Below, one piece after another: positions 40,969-55,484 of a DNA stretch of 64,000 nt. The stretch lies in assembly GCF_009914755.1 (NCBI RefSeq), contig NC_060925.1. One strand, 5' to 3'. This DNA comes from the human T2T-CHM13v2.0 reference genome, Homo sapiens. Numbering within the stretch: position 1 is the stretch's first letter; the number at the start of each line of letters is the position of its first letter. Under the pieces are notes generated by a model. The model did not search any database. It was given only the letters and a program-made list of their open reading frames with translations, and was not told the DNA's origin. Both the position numbers and the translations under genes were made by a program.

Positions 40969-43900
40969 GCCAGCTTCTATTAAATGGGTTCCTCATTCTG
41001 GTTTACTCTCATTCTCCTCCTTTTAATATTTTAGCCTGTTCAGGCATTATGCATTGGGAGGATAAGAGAATTTTTCAGTGATTTAAAGGAATATATATAA
41101 TAGAAAAATAAAAGGAGACTAGATTATTACTATACTTGAATCATTCAAATTGGCATAATCCTCACTTACTTCGTATCTCATAGGTAAATTCAAATTATAA
41201 TAAACATGCAGACATAATCATCAAACATAGAATTCTCCTTTCAGTGGCACAGAATTGGTAATTATTTTCTTTAAGTCCTTACAGTGATATCTTACAAAGA
41301 TTTCCTCCGTGAAGCATTCAGGCATCAATTTAATCTGCATATGTGTAACTAAACGTGTTTCCTCAATGAACACAATTACTTTTGTTCTTTGTAGTAAATT
41401 CTCTCACTATAATACACATAGTTTGGTCAAATTAAGAACCTATAGAAAATGATTAAAGACACAAGAGGTTACACATGCAGCCTTCAATTTGACAGATGAC
41501 AGCATAACTCATTGCAATAGTAATAATGAGTATTGTTCCTATCTTAATTTAATATGAAAACTTTCCACATCCACTTAACTAACATGAAAAATTTTAGAAA
41601 TTTACACACTGATTGGTGAAGTCAACTACATACCAACCATTAAGATAATTGACTTCCTTAAAAATGTAAGTTCTGCACTCCTTATTGTGAGGAAGCCAAA
41701 TAATTTATGGGCTTTAAGGAGTAAATTCTTCCCTTGCAGATGTGTTTGATGCTTTCCAAAGGGTCTCTCCTCCTTTAGACTGGAAGAGGTTTGGCTCAGG
41801 ATGTAATTTTCGAACACATAAGGTGTGCCTAGCACTGAGCTGGGCAGTCCCTTAGGAAGCAAAGTGAGGAGAAACTGTGATGGTGACGGGGAGTAGGGAC
41901 TGTGGATTCAGAATTCTTAGTGTAACAGCCAATTATTAATATTATCTGTGGCCCTATATTTCTTCATCTACAAAATATAGACAATAACAGTAACCTAACT
42001 TACAGGGTGGCTGGTAATGGGATAAATGAGTTAATATATTCAAAATGCCTAGAACAGCACCTGGTGCAAAGAAAGTTCAGTGTAAGTATTTGCCATCATT
42101 AAATATCCCCCTAGAGGGCAGGTACTTAGGGCTCATGACTGTATTTCCAATACCTTATACTGCTCCTGGAATAGACTTGATAACCAATAAAATGTGATAA
42201 ACTAGTGATGAAGGAATAGATAAATGAATTCAGTGAAAAACTCTTCTTTTGAATAATATACAGCTATTTTAATTTGATAATTCATCCAGTAATTTATTTA
42301 TTTACTGATAAGAAAGGAAATCTCAGAAAATATACTATAATAATTATTCAAAGACAGCAAGACGTTTTTCAAAGAAACATCTGGGTTTAAATCAGTCTGC
42401 TTTAAGTATCAAATGAATGTGTTTATTCATTATGTCCACCAGAAGCTGCAAAATAGAAAATATGCCCAAAGTAAAATTGTCATAGAAAAAAATCAGACAC
42501 ATATAGGTATCCAGATGTCCAATAACAAAAAATTCTGGTCACATATTCAGCAAAGATTTATTAGGAGCAGACTCTGTGCCAGGCACTGTTGCATGCCCTG
42601 AAAATAATAAGCAGACAATAATCCCTGCCTTTGCACAGTTTACAGTCTTGGGAAGGAGAGAGACAAGAAAGGTACACACATAAAAACTCACTTTCAGGGC
42701 ACGTTTTGCAGCTCTCCTAACCTCACTGACCTCTCAGGATGCAGACCTGCTCCAAATCATCCATTCTGCAGGAACTAAATTAAGGTTCTTCTAAAACAGA
42801 AGTACAAAATTGGTAACTACCCTCAAAAATCATAGGTTAAAATTATTTGTCCTCTACTTTTGGTGCAGAATTCTGGACTTCTGTTCGAGAATCACTCAAG
42901 GGCTTGAATGGGCCCAAAGTTACATTTTGAGAATTCTTGGCCCTCCTGTGCTATTTTCTTTCACCAGTTCACCCTTCATCCCACACATATCCCTGGCTTG
43001 TAGGATCTTTTAGTCAAAACACAAGATGTCTATAATAGAGTTTCCATAGGAACTCAAACTAAAATTGTTGATATTGGGGAAAGCTAAAATAGGGATCATA
43101 CTAACAATTCTTTACTCGAGATTTTCTAAGCTTCATCTCTGAATCATCAGATAACCTCAAGCAGAATGCAACTGGACCCGCTACGCTCTCCATTCTCTGC
43201 CTCTTGCAAATGCCTTTACATGACTATGAATAAGTGTACCTGGAGCTGGTCCTGAAGCAAGAATTAAGGAGCTGCTACATACACGATTTCTCCACTTTTT
43301 CAATAGAACTGCTACTTAAGATACTCTTTGTTGAATTCTCAAATGTCCCTTATACAAAGACCCTTTTCAGAAATTTCACAGTTAAAAGTTGAAAGAAATG
43401 TCTTTTGACAACCTGATATGCAGCTTCCTCCTGTTGAACACTGTGACGTAAACAGACTCATGATATTTCTCTTTCTGTCTTGGCTACCATGAAGCTCGGA
43501 GTTTAGTTTTTCTTCCTCCATGCCAGTGTTTCCTGAGCTTTGGTTTTCTGGAACATTTTCTCTCCTCTTTATACATCTTCAACTCTATTAAACTGCTCTG
43601 GTATTTTTATTTTGTTTTACTGACTACCAGTTTAATTGGAACTATACCGTTTAGTGTAAACTACCACAAGTCCTTTGGGCAAATAAAGAGAATATATAAG
43701 CAAATAAATAATTATGAACAATGGCTACTGAGCCTTAAAACCAGTGGAAGGTTATAAGAGCTTTTTAATAGACTCAAATAAGTTTAATGCAGAAGTTACA
43801 ACCTGAGGGCCTTGGGCCAGATTTTGCTCTTGGATATGGTTTATTCAGCAGATGTAATAATTTTAAAAGAAAAATTAGTTACCAACATCCTTAAGTTAGA

Positions 43901-45205
43901 AAATTTCCAATAAAAACCTGAATTGCTTACCTCTCTACTTTCTGTGCCAGACCTTGTTTTAATACTGAATCTTCTAAAAAATCCTCTAAGGTATCACCAT
44001 TCTCATCATCCCAAATCTCACAAATGAGGAAACAAAGGCATGGAGAAGTTCAATAACTTATTTTACAGGCTCACACAGCTTGCAAATGGTAAAGCTGGAA
44101 CCTAAACTTGGACCACCAGGCTCCAAACACTCCCAGGTGGTCGTGCTATTACCTGGAAAGAATGATCCAAAGGCTTGGACCCACATTTCCCCCTGACAAC
44201 AATGGATCCACTTTCCAACCTGGCATCAATAGCTGGAAGTGAAAACAGCATGTCTCTTTCAACAGTCACCTGGTGTTTGCAAGCGTTTCCGTTTAAGACC
44301 CTTGTCTTAATTCTAAGCTGAGAGCATATTATCCTGAGATGGGAGCTGCATCTTAAATGTATTTTCGACATCCTGTAGGTTTAGTCTTTGCTTGAAGTTA
44401 ATTAACATTGATGAGTCCCACAGGTCTCTATAGCTTCCTGTGAAGTCCTCAACATTGACAATAAAATGGCCAAATGAGAACCGAAATACATTTCACTGTA
44501 GCACAGCCCATAAAAGCAGTTTTACCTAAATTATTCCCCAAAGCATTTCCCACTTAATTGTTTAGCATTTACGGATAATAAGGACATGAATGACCACATT
44601 TGCATATTTATATTGCTCATTTGCCCTGTGTGCCGTAGTCAGTGCTTTAGAAAGATTTGTGTGCCACCTGTTCTCTGTCAGTTATCTCTTCTCTCTGTTA
44701 AAGATTCTTGGATAGAAAAAAGTAAAACTAAAGCTAATCTCCTTCATTAAAGGTAGAGAGACTTTTAATAAAACGAGACTTGCTCTGCACTTCAGAGGAT
44801 AAGCAGAAACCTTTGAAGGATTTTCTGTCTGAGGAGTTTCCAGGGAGGAAAGGATATGATTTAGTCAGCTAGTCAGCTAAGCTCATTAATTCTGGTAACT
44901 TGTTTCTGAAAAAAGGGAATTTTCCTGTGAAATGCTGCTACTGCAAACTACCCTCCCCCAGCTCATATCACAACTTCTAACCCTTGAGACAAACCTGCTA
45001 TTGTTAATTAGTCGAATTAGTTGTACAACTGTACATTATCATTTTTTAAAGTTGTCTTACTGATTCTCAAATTGTATTTTCTTAAAAAGTAGTTGAGAAT
45101 TGCTTTTCCAAAACAATATATCTTTAAAAGAACAATGTAAATAGACAAATGAGGCATTTCTTGAAGCTGCTTTTTGGTATTCCCTTTGATATTCTATCAG
45201 GAAAC

Positions 45206-45247
45206 TATATGTCTAATATGTAAGAATATATGTCTAATATGTAGGAT
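45206..45247. repeat. 21-bp tandem duplication
   Basis: tatatgtctaatatgtaagaa followed by tatatgtctaatatgtaggat. Confidence 0.85.
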
Positions 45248-46924
45248 ATTAAATTGTGGAGTGAGAAGTAGGTTTTCAGATTTTTCTCCTCCTCCAGAGT
45301 CTTTCTCCTCATACTTCTCCTCCTGACTCCTCAGGGTGCCAAGTTCAATAGTACAAGTGATATATACATGTACAATATACAAGTAATAATAACATGTTAG
45401 AATATGTATTATTGTTATACTATTATATCCTTGTTATTATTAGGGTTATTATGATTACTATTATAATCTTTTGGTGACCTTTAATTCTGGATTGCAGGGG
45501 ACTATAGAGAGTTGGAGGAGACTACTCAGAGGCATTGGCAGGTATACTGAACGCCTCAAGAGCTCCTAGAGCTGACATTCATAATAATCACTTTAGGTAT
45601 GAAAATACATAGTTAACATTTAAGATTCTCTTTTTAATGACCCAAAAATGATAGAGAACAGTTCAGAGCTTTAAAAAAAGAAGTTAACTACAATCAGAAG
45701 TGGTTAAAAAACAATCTAAGGGCTTGAAATTGTAATTGAGTTAGATTCAATTACCTTGAAAATTATCAAAAAGGAACTATCCATTTCCCAGCAAAGTTGT
45801 TGATCTTTATTCTTCTAAAGCAATTTGTACAGGAATAAATTCTAACATTCATATGTCTAGGGGCTAAAACCGACATGCGGATGTTAGAATTTATTCCTGT
45901 ACAAATTCCCCCAGTAGTGGGGGGTAAAACACTACCCCTGAAATCACATACCCCTGGATTGTGTTCACCAATGTTCAAATACCAGCTCTTGCCAGTTTCT
46001 TGCTATGTAACCAAGAACTGGTTACGTAATTGTTCTGTGCTAATAATGGATCTATTAATAAAGGATCAAACGATATGGTAAATATACAGCTCCTAGAACA
46101 CCCTGGCACATAGTAAGAGCTTTGCAAATATCTGTTATTATTATTCCACATCTTTGTATCTCTTATCATACTCTTTAAGATTTAGAAACTGTTGAGATTT
46201 TTCAAACTTGTGAGGACCCAGTTACCAATCTCTCAGTCAATTTAGATTGCAGACCAAAGATGGAGTCTCCCTTAGCAGAGCTAAAAGTCCCTGCATCTCT
46301 GCATGCAAAGTAGACAGCACTTCCCTGAATTCATATCTGTCCCAGAACTTTGATTTAAAAAACAACATGATCTGGAAGTTGCATTAATTCATTTTTCCAC
46401 ATTTTATTTCTCAGAATTTAATCACATGGTCAAAACGGACTGCAAGAAATAATAGTCTATATCGTCTTAATATAGCCATCACGTGCTCCTCTTTAACTCT
46501 GGAGGTTCTTTATACAATCTAAGAAGGGGAGAATATACATGGGGGAAAATAAGTCATCTCTATTATGTTGAGTGTTATTGCATTCTCTCTTTGAAATATT
46601 TTCAGGGATATGATATTAAGCTCTTTTAAGAAAATCGGAGCGAATATTTTCCCTGCTTTTATCCTAGTAACTGTCAATTGTTAATAATTTTATAGTTATT
46701 ATAAAAAGCAATTCCATAGTAATAGCTATGTTTTTCTATAGCCATGAGTATTGGCTACGACAATTTCATTTGTTTACTTTCTCCATCCAAGTTAACAGTC
46801 TTCCCTGATAGAAACATTTAGATCACAAGTAGCTCGCTTTCTCTCACTCAACAGTTGACATCACTCCATTGGTCCTTGGCAGTAGAACCATCATGTTCAC
46901 ATTCTTGTTCCCAACATAATCTTT

Positions 46925-47038
46925 TTCTTTTTTTGAGACAGTCTCTCTGTTGCCCAGGCTGGAGGGCAGTGGTGTATTCTGGGCTCACTTCAACCTCCAC
47001 CTCCCTGGTTCAAGCAATTCTCCTGCCTCAGCCTCCGG
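46925..47038 (-). mobile_element. 5'-truncated Alu (part of right arm) with TSD
   Basis: tttgagacagtctc...cctgcctcagcctcc, with ATAATCTTT on both sides (46916-46924 and 47043-47051). Confidence 0.85.
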
Positions 47039-47076
47039 AAATATAATCTTTAAAGCACAAAGTCTGGAGTATTTTG

Positions 47077-47166
47077 GCAAATGTAGCTCAATGTAGCTAA
47101 TGTAGCTACATTATGTTAATAAAGCTAATGTAGCTAATGTAGCTACATTCAGCAAATATAGCTAAT
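47077..47166. repeat. AATGTAGCT micro-repeat cluster containing palindromes
   Basis: Five AATGTAGCT copies. TAATGTAGCTACATTA (47098-47113) and AATGTAGCTACATT (47136-47149) are perfect palindromes. Confidence 0.9.
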
Positions 47167-47796
47167 CAGGAACTTAATTCTTTTGGACACTGTTTGTAGA
47201 GAGGCATGTTTTCCTCTGCCATTTGTCTTTGGTAATTCTCCCTTTCTTCTAGATTTTTGTATATCTTTTTAAGTGTGAATTTAACAGAAAGTTCCCTGTG
47301 CCGCTCCATAGAATTCTCTAAATCTCTCTACATCTTTTTTGGAGCTATATTTGATTTTGGCACCTGGCGTACTAAAAATGACTTGACCTTAGATGTATTA
47401 TAAATAATTTAATAATGTTTCCAGGAACCTTCAGTTAAAGGAAATGAATGATTATTTTATTTAATTTTATCCATTTATTCTACAATTTTTTATTGGGTGC
47501 AACAATTTTTTTCTAAAAAGTTTGTTTACATGAATACAAGAGCCTTCTAGTTATTTTTTAAACTGTTTTTACTACAAAAAGAATACAAGTTTATTAAAGG
47601 AAAATTTGAAAAATACAGAAAGGAAAAAAACACAAAAGCGTGGGGAGGCTATTTCTATTGCCACCAAACGAAAATAATATATGTAATATATTAGCAGATT
47701 CTCTTCTGAAATTGTATCTTCTTTTTTCCCCAACCTCCCCTCACCAAACTGAGTATTAGTATGTATTTATATAATTGAAACTGTTGTGTAAACTCA

Positions 47797-47827
<31 letters not shown>

Positions 47828-48644
47828 GCACACACATAGTATTTAAGACATGATCAAATTACATAAACATCATTTTAATGTCTCCATAATATTCCTCCTT
47901 ATGGATTTGCTTTATTATCCCCTATTCTTGGACATTTAGGTAGAACCTACTACTCGATATTATATATAACACTGCAATGAACATCTGAAATGAAAATTAT
48001 TTTTTGATGGATTTCTGGAAGACAAATTACTAAGGCACAGGATATGAGCTACTTTAAGTTTCTTAGGATCAAATAAATGGCAAAAGCACATTTTAAAGGA
48101 GATAATAGTAGGGCAAATGAATTTTCTCAAAATAAGCCACTTAACCTAAACAATGTCATCATTATATCCTAAACATTTTCGGGAGACTAAGAAAAAAAAC
48201 TCAATTTCACAGCATTACAATAAAGCCTGAGTTTTTAAGAATGTCAAAAATCTCATGTTTTTCTCTCTTCCCTATTCATCAAGTTTCCTCTTCACTGGTC
48301 CAATGAAATAGAGCCACAGCACTTTTATTTAAATCTCTATTTCTCCTGCATTCCCATTAGTGAGGAAATCAATCAGCAGTTAAGAAATCAATCAGTTAAA
48401 AGAATAATTAAATAGCCATTCCGAAAAGAAAAGAAGTAGAAGATAAGATGGCTATGGAAGAGTTTATAATCTAATAATGTAGAAATCAATCACACATTTA
48501 AAAACAAACAAACATAACCATGAAATTCACCCCTGAAATGCTTCATGAGAGAATTGCTACATTTCTTTATTTTTAAAATGAAATTAAATATTACTCTTAT
48601 TAATTTTCTCTTTATCTGTCCCAGGGATGGCAACTGTCCTTAAA

Positions 48645-49530
48645 ATTTAGAAAGGACAATGGCAGCAACAACAAATAAAAACCTGATTTTAAAATAGGCA
48701 AAGGACTTGAATTAGACATTTCTCCAAAGAAGACATTCAAATGACCAATAAGCACATGAAAAGATGCTGAACATGACTAGTTATTAGAGGAATGCAAATC
48801 AAAACCACAGTGAGATACCGCTTCATTCCCATTAGGATGGCTATTATCAAACAGAAAAGTTACAAATATCAAGTGTTGGTGAGGATGTGGAGAAAATGGA
48901 ACCCTTGTGCATTGCTGTTGGCAAGGTATCATGGTGAAATGCTGTGGAAAACAGCATTTGACTCCTCAGAAAATTAAACATAGTTATTACCACATGATTC
49001 CACAATTCTGCTGGATACACACCTTAAAGAGGGGCAGCATTATTCACAATAGCCAAAGATAAAAGCAACTCATGTCCATCAATAGATGACTGGCTAAACA
49101 AAATATGATATATATGGTATGAATACTATATAAATATACCATACATATATCATGGAATATAATTCAGGCTTAAAAAGCAAGGACATTTTGACATATGCTA
49201 CAACATAGATGAACCTTGAGGAAATATGTTAAGTGAAATAATCCAGTAACAAAAGACACAGATTTTATTATTCCTTTTATAAAGTTCCTGGAGTAGTTAA
49301 TTTCATAGAGTCAGAAATTAGAATGGCGACTGCCAGGGGCTGAGGGGAAGGGAAGCGAGAATTTGGTGCTTAATGAGTAGTTTTTCATTTGGAAAGATGA
49401 AAAAGTTCTGGAGATGGATGGTGGTGACGGTTACACAGCAACGTGAATGTAGTTAATGCCACAGAACTCTATACTTAAAATGATGAAATGTCAATTTTAT
49501 GTTATGTATATTTTACCACAATAAAAAAAA
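48645..49530 (+). mobile_element. L1MB-type 3' end
   Basis: gaaatgcaaatcaaaaccacagtgagatac-like text...ggagatggatggtggtgacggttacacagc...ttttaccacaataaaaaaaa. Confidence 0.85.
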
Positions 49531-52500
49531 TTGGATAGGGCTATTGGTTTCAGTTCATCAATAGTTGTTTAAGTGGTCTCTCAGAGGTCTAGGTGGCATG
49601 TCTTCAATCTTTTTATGTTAGACATAGGAGCTGAGGCATTTTGTTGCAGTTTCTAAAGTCTTGAAAACTTAGTTTTCAGTGCCCTGGCATCCAGGAGCCA
49701 CTCCACCAAACTCCCTGCCACCCTGCTGCGTGCTGAATGAAAATGATGTGAGATCTGCCACAGCTTTGTTTTTGTCTCTGGTACATCAAATGTGCAACTC
49801 AAAACAAAAACAACTGTGAACTTCCTTTTATTATGGTATTATTAAAGGATTGGGGAGGAGTGGCAGGTGGGACTGAGAAGGGGAACAGGAGACACTGTAG
49901 AAAGGAAGTCAAATCTTTAAAAGAGATAATGTTAGCTTCTGCTTCCTGAAAGAAGTATAGGAAGAAGAGCCCAGAGAAGGGGTGTTTGTGTGGGGGGGAG
50001 GGGGTGGGGCGGGAAATATACCAGATATAATTGTGTTCTTTTATTAAGTCACTACATTATAAACACATTTATAAAAATGTGTTTTAAATAACAATAGAGA
50101 AGTTCAAACATAGCTATAACAATTAAATATTCTGTGCTCAGAGGAGGTAAATGGATGAATAGACAGCAGACATTTTTCCCATATGCCCTCGCTTAGTGCC
50201 AGCAGTGGGAAGGGTGCTTATATTTGAATTAGAGACTCTGAGCAAGCCAAGAAAGCTGAACAATAGCTCCCAACATTCTCCTGGGCAGTAGAAAGATGAC
50301 AAGGTCAGAAGGCACATTTGATTGTTTTTCATATCATAGGTATGTTCAGCTTTTCCAGGGCTCCAAGGTTTGACCCAGCATACAGAATAGAAAGTGAGGC
50401 AGAAGTTACTCGGTTCCCTTCATTGTGCATAACATGATACCTTGTTTTGTTTACCCATAAAGGTCCTCTGTTGACATTTTAAACCAGAGTAAATATAATA
50501 CAAAAAAATTTTAAAGACGTGAATTTTTTTAATTGTAGCTAAAATAGCAAATCAAAATATTTAAAATTTTCCTTCCTCATCCCATGAAAAAGATAACTCT
50601 AGGAGCTTCTATTTGATTCTTGGTGATTGATCTCTTTTTAGGTAGAGACATTTCCTGTTAAAACTTCCATTTCTAGCCCAAGGCCCTTAAGAATAGGCTA
50701 TAATAGGCATTAATAAGGTTATACAAATATACTCACTTATGCATTGTAGCTTCATATATTTTGTGACAACATTAAAAAAAATTCTAAGGATTGCTGAAAT
50801 ACTTTCTCAAGAAACTATTTCTCCAGGCAAAGAGTTGCAAGCAGAAAGTTTCATGGTAGACAGCACAAAGGAGTACATGCCAATTGTAATTAGAACAAGC
50901 AGGAGAATTCGCTTGGAGACCAGAAACACAATTCCTTTTATGGCATATTAGAAGCATCCCAATCTTCCTCAATAGTGGTGTTCATCAAACAGACAACATT
51001 CTGAAATTCCCTTAAGAGATTGCTGGAGTGAAAATAAATTTGTTTTTAGTGTGATATCCTCAGGACAGAAACCTTATAAAATCATTTGCCTTGTTGGCCT
51101 GTCCACCTCCTATAATAACCATTGATCCCACAGGCTAATTTCAACCAACTTTGATAGAGGGGCAAAGAGTCTATAGCTAGACAGAGGCTCATAAATTTCT
51201 TGTGGTTTCTTCTGTTTCTTTCAGAAGAGTTGTTTAATGGTATCATTTTGAAGAGTATAAAAAAGCAAACCAAGTTTCTGCTGTGAAGTTGTCACTGTAA
51301 TGGAAGATGATTACATCAGAAGAAGTTCAAATGGAAAAAAAATGTTTGTAGTTGCCTTGTGGTTTCCTGATAACAAGCAAAGCAAGCACCATATATAACA
51401 CCACACAGTGGCAGGCATCTTTACTTCTGATAGTTGCATCCTGGAACTTTATAATAAATTCGACTCTTGGGTTTTGCACATCCAAGTGGCTGAGTTTTTC
51501 TTGTTTATTGGAGTTGAACTTAACCAGTTCTCAGTTCTCAGAAGTGTGCTGACATAATTGAAAGGCTTTCAAAGAGCTGATGGTGAGTTAGTGAAGGAAA
51601 AAATAAGAATTCAGAAAAAAATATTAAGAAGGAAGCAACAGACCCTCCTACAGTAATATACAGCAGGGTGACAACTCAAGTTCAAGTCTAGGATAGAGTC
51701 AGTATCTGAGAGGGTCCAGGTCTCGATGTGGTAGGAGATCTGCTTACAGAATTTGTAGCTGAAACTTGGGGGGCCCAGTGCAAAAACAGGTTTTATTCTG
51801 AGGAATGTATTCAAGAAACTATGAGAAATTAGGAATGAGGCCAGCAGAGGGCTTACAAGGCTGGTACAGCATCTCGTGGTGTCTAAATCCTAGGGAAAAG
51901 GGGAACTCAAGCAGCTGGGTAGCTTCTCACTACATGCAATTAGAGGTACCAGGGTGGTGCTGCTAGTACCTGAAGGCCTTTTGGTCCTTACTCTACACTT
52001 CCTCTACACCTGAGGTCCTAAGTTTTCACTCTGGTGACAAGGCAAAAAAACAAAGATATACATACACACACACATACACACACACACATATATATATAAT
52101 TTCCTTCTTTAAAGTGAGAAAAGGGCTCAAAATCTGAGTCTAGCTAAGACCTCAAAGATTGTATGGCTGAATGAGAAAACCAGGTTAACAGGATCATAAT
52201 TATAGACAGCTGGAATAAGTCTTGTGTTGAATAGGAACTGATACTATAAAGGTAACTCAGATAATTTGTTTCCATAATTTTCATCTTTCAATTCTTTTTA
52301 CTTGAACATGCTCTGAGCTGTAAAGAAATAGGTTACACAGCACTGGGTATTCATTTTCCAAACTCTGCTAGCAATATTGTTCAATCTCAAGAAAAGACCC
52401 AAGGAACTAAAAGGGAAAAGAGAAACAGGATAAATATTTTTTGATGAAACTCCTATTTTATAAGATGCAAAACATAAAACTATGGGGCTCTAAAGCCTCA

Positions 52501-53839
52501 CCTAAGTGAATCAATATGACTACAGAGCTTGTAATAAAATACAACACTAAAAATACTATGAATCAAACATAAAATATGCAAAGTTCACCAGATCTTCAGT
52601 GGACTAGGGAAGCTGTCCTTGCAAAGGAATTAAGTATTATTTGAAATGAGAAAGTGTAACTGAAGAGTTGGGAATTTCATTTTCTGGAGCTGCCACAACA
52701 GTGCCCAAGTAGGGAATCAGCTTATAAATGCAGGTAGCTTGTAAATTCGGCACTTGATGAAGTAATATCCAGGGAAAAGGTACTTAATGTTCCCAGGGGA
52801 ATATATGTTGTATGAATGCATATACTGTGCAATAATAACAAAATATATACTACATAATTAGACTGAGTATATATTTTACAACATAAATATAGTTAGGGCT
52901 GTTAATCAAATTAAACAGGACATTTTAAAACACAGTTAAGAATGCAGAGAGGAAAAAATAGATTAACATCTAAAAGCACATGCAAAAGAGGCACAGCAAT
53001 GAATGCAGGACCAAAAAGTACCAAAAAATAGTATTGCATGCACAATGTGTTATCTTTCTTTCTAGAAGTAGTCATGGAAACTAATATAAACAATGACTTC
53101 TGAAAGCTAGGTTTGCTCCTCCTACCTTAATGGCTTCAGAATCTCAGCTTCTACTATATAGTAGATGGAAAATTCTCAAGTGAAGCCCAGCAACAGCATA
53201 GCAAGAGAAGGGCTGGCTACAGTGGCTCAGTAGCTAATATTTCCAGTGAAATAGCGAGGCTGTTTTCAGTCTTCCTTTACAAATCTAGATGAATATGCCA
53301 GGCACTCTCATTAATTTCTTGAAAAGTAGTCATTTTTTTTGAAAGATAAAACATTCAGTAAGAGGTGAAATTAATGGAGAAATATTCTCACTATTATTTT
53401 ACTAGAAAAGGTATAAGGATTTAAATGATTTGAATGACCAAACTCTCTACCAAAAAAAGTATCACCCAATTAGTTCAAACTAATACTATAGACCATGCTT
53501 CACCCGATGTAATTTACATATTATTCCAATCATAGCCCACTATAACCTCTGCTTTCATCAACAAGAATAGAGTTTTTATAAAGATTAAGGCACATTTATC
53601 TGTTCTTCTGCTTTTTTCAAAACTGCTTAAATCTATAAATGTATTTCAATATGTATCGAGAAAACAGAATAAAGTTAAGTGAATGTATAGGAATAAAAGG
53701 TGCTTCTGTTAAATTTTTTACAAAAACTACGATAATGATCTTAAGACTAGTTTTAGAATCTCCCTATATATAAATAGTGTTTAGTCATCGTTTCTTAAAC
53801 TTTCCACAAAATTTATAGCGGTTTGGGTGGCACTATATA

Positions 53840-54307
53840 TAGTTGACCCTAGAACAACATGGGTTTGAACTGCATGGGTCCAACTATATGCAGATTTTCT
53901 TCTGCCTGTGCCCAACTATGTGCAGATTTTCTTTTGCCTGTGCCATGCTGGAGACAACAAGACCAACCCTTCTACTTCCACTTCCTCTCTAGCCTACTTA
54001 TTGTAAAGATGCTGAGGATGAAGACCTCTATGATGATCCACTTTCACTTAATGAATAATCAGTATATTGTCTCTTCCTTATGATTTTCTTAATAACATGT
54101 TTTCCTCTGAATTACTTTATTTTGATAATATAGTGTATAATACATATAACATGCAAAATATGTGTTAATCATTTATGTTATCAATAAGGCTTCCAGTCAA
54201 CTGTAGGCTATTAGTAGTTATGTTTTGGGATAGTTGCAAGTTATATGTGGATTTTCTACTCTTCAGGGGTCGGCACCCCAGCCCCCATGATGTTCAAGGG
54301 TCAACTG
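53840..54307. mobile_element. Tigger2a-like DNA transposon
   Basis: TIRs (t)agttgaccctagaaca ... tgttcaagggtcaactg with TA flanks. Confidence 0.85.
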
Positions 54308-55484
54308 TATACCTTTTATATCTACATACCATAGATATTGTAAAACTACCTACATTCACAATGATTAAAATAAGTTATAATTATGTATTAATTTATACAC
54401 TCAAATTATAATTAATGCAATTATGATACAAATTTAAATTATATAATTTTAATTTATTTCTTTAATTTTTATAGATTTATTATGTTTTTTGCCATTCCTT
54501 TTCAAGGAATCTTTTCTGATTTCAGTTTTATTAAAGTCACTTTCAACACAGGGACACTATTTCTGTTTAATGACAGGATTAGCTGCCAGTCCCTATTTCT
54601 CCAGATGTGGAGATAACATTTTTATTCAGCAGGGAGTCTAAACCATTCACAGAAATCCCATTTTATACCATAAGAGCAAGCATATTAGGTTGCACTCAAA
54701 TAAGATGGGGTATCTCCAAGTTATTTCTCTATTTTATGCCTCGGTTAGTTCCTAAGGCAACTAAATAAATAAATAACTCTGACTTAATAGGCAATCAAGG
54801 AGCATCGTTTGTACCATATGGTTGGCATAGTAACCCTGGGGTATTGTTACTGCTACCACCTTCTAGAGAGGAGGAAGGCTGGGCCTCAGAGGTTAAGTAA
54901 CTTGCTTGAGATTACAGTTTCCACATTAAGCTGGAATCTAAATACAGCTGCTAATGGATGTCTCCAGAGTACATGCAGCAGAAAAACTAAAAGAAATTAC
55001 TGTTCTATCTCCATCAGTGAAAATTTTATGTAAATTAGTAAATGTTATGTAACCCAAGATTATTGAGAGTGAGAGTTGAATGAAATAACTTTCTACAAGT
55101 TTCTTCTGACCTCCAAGTAATGTACATAATATCTGAAACTATTTGAAACCCTGATATTTACCGTACAAGGAAGCAAAAAAACAAATTATTCATAAGCCAG
55201 AAATGTTCCCACCTTAGGTGCATGCTTTTGGCAGCCTGCTTAGAAGATTGCATGATATGCACTAAAGAAATGTAAAAAATTAACAGAGCAGATTACCTGG
55301 AAATAAGTCCCAAGTTGGAACATGAGATAAATACTGTATAAAAGTTAGGTGGTGATTCAACATACCCCTCTCCCTATAATTTTTAGTCTTTAAGGAACCC
55401 CAGGTCTTCTCTGTGCTCCAGTGCTCCCTCCTTATGCCCATGACTCAACACCTACTGTGTGCCAGCACGGACCTCCCTGGTTCA

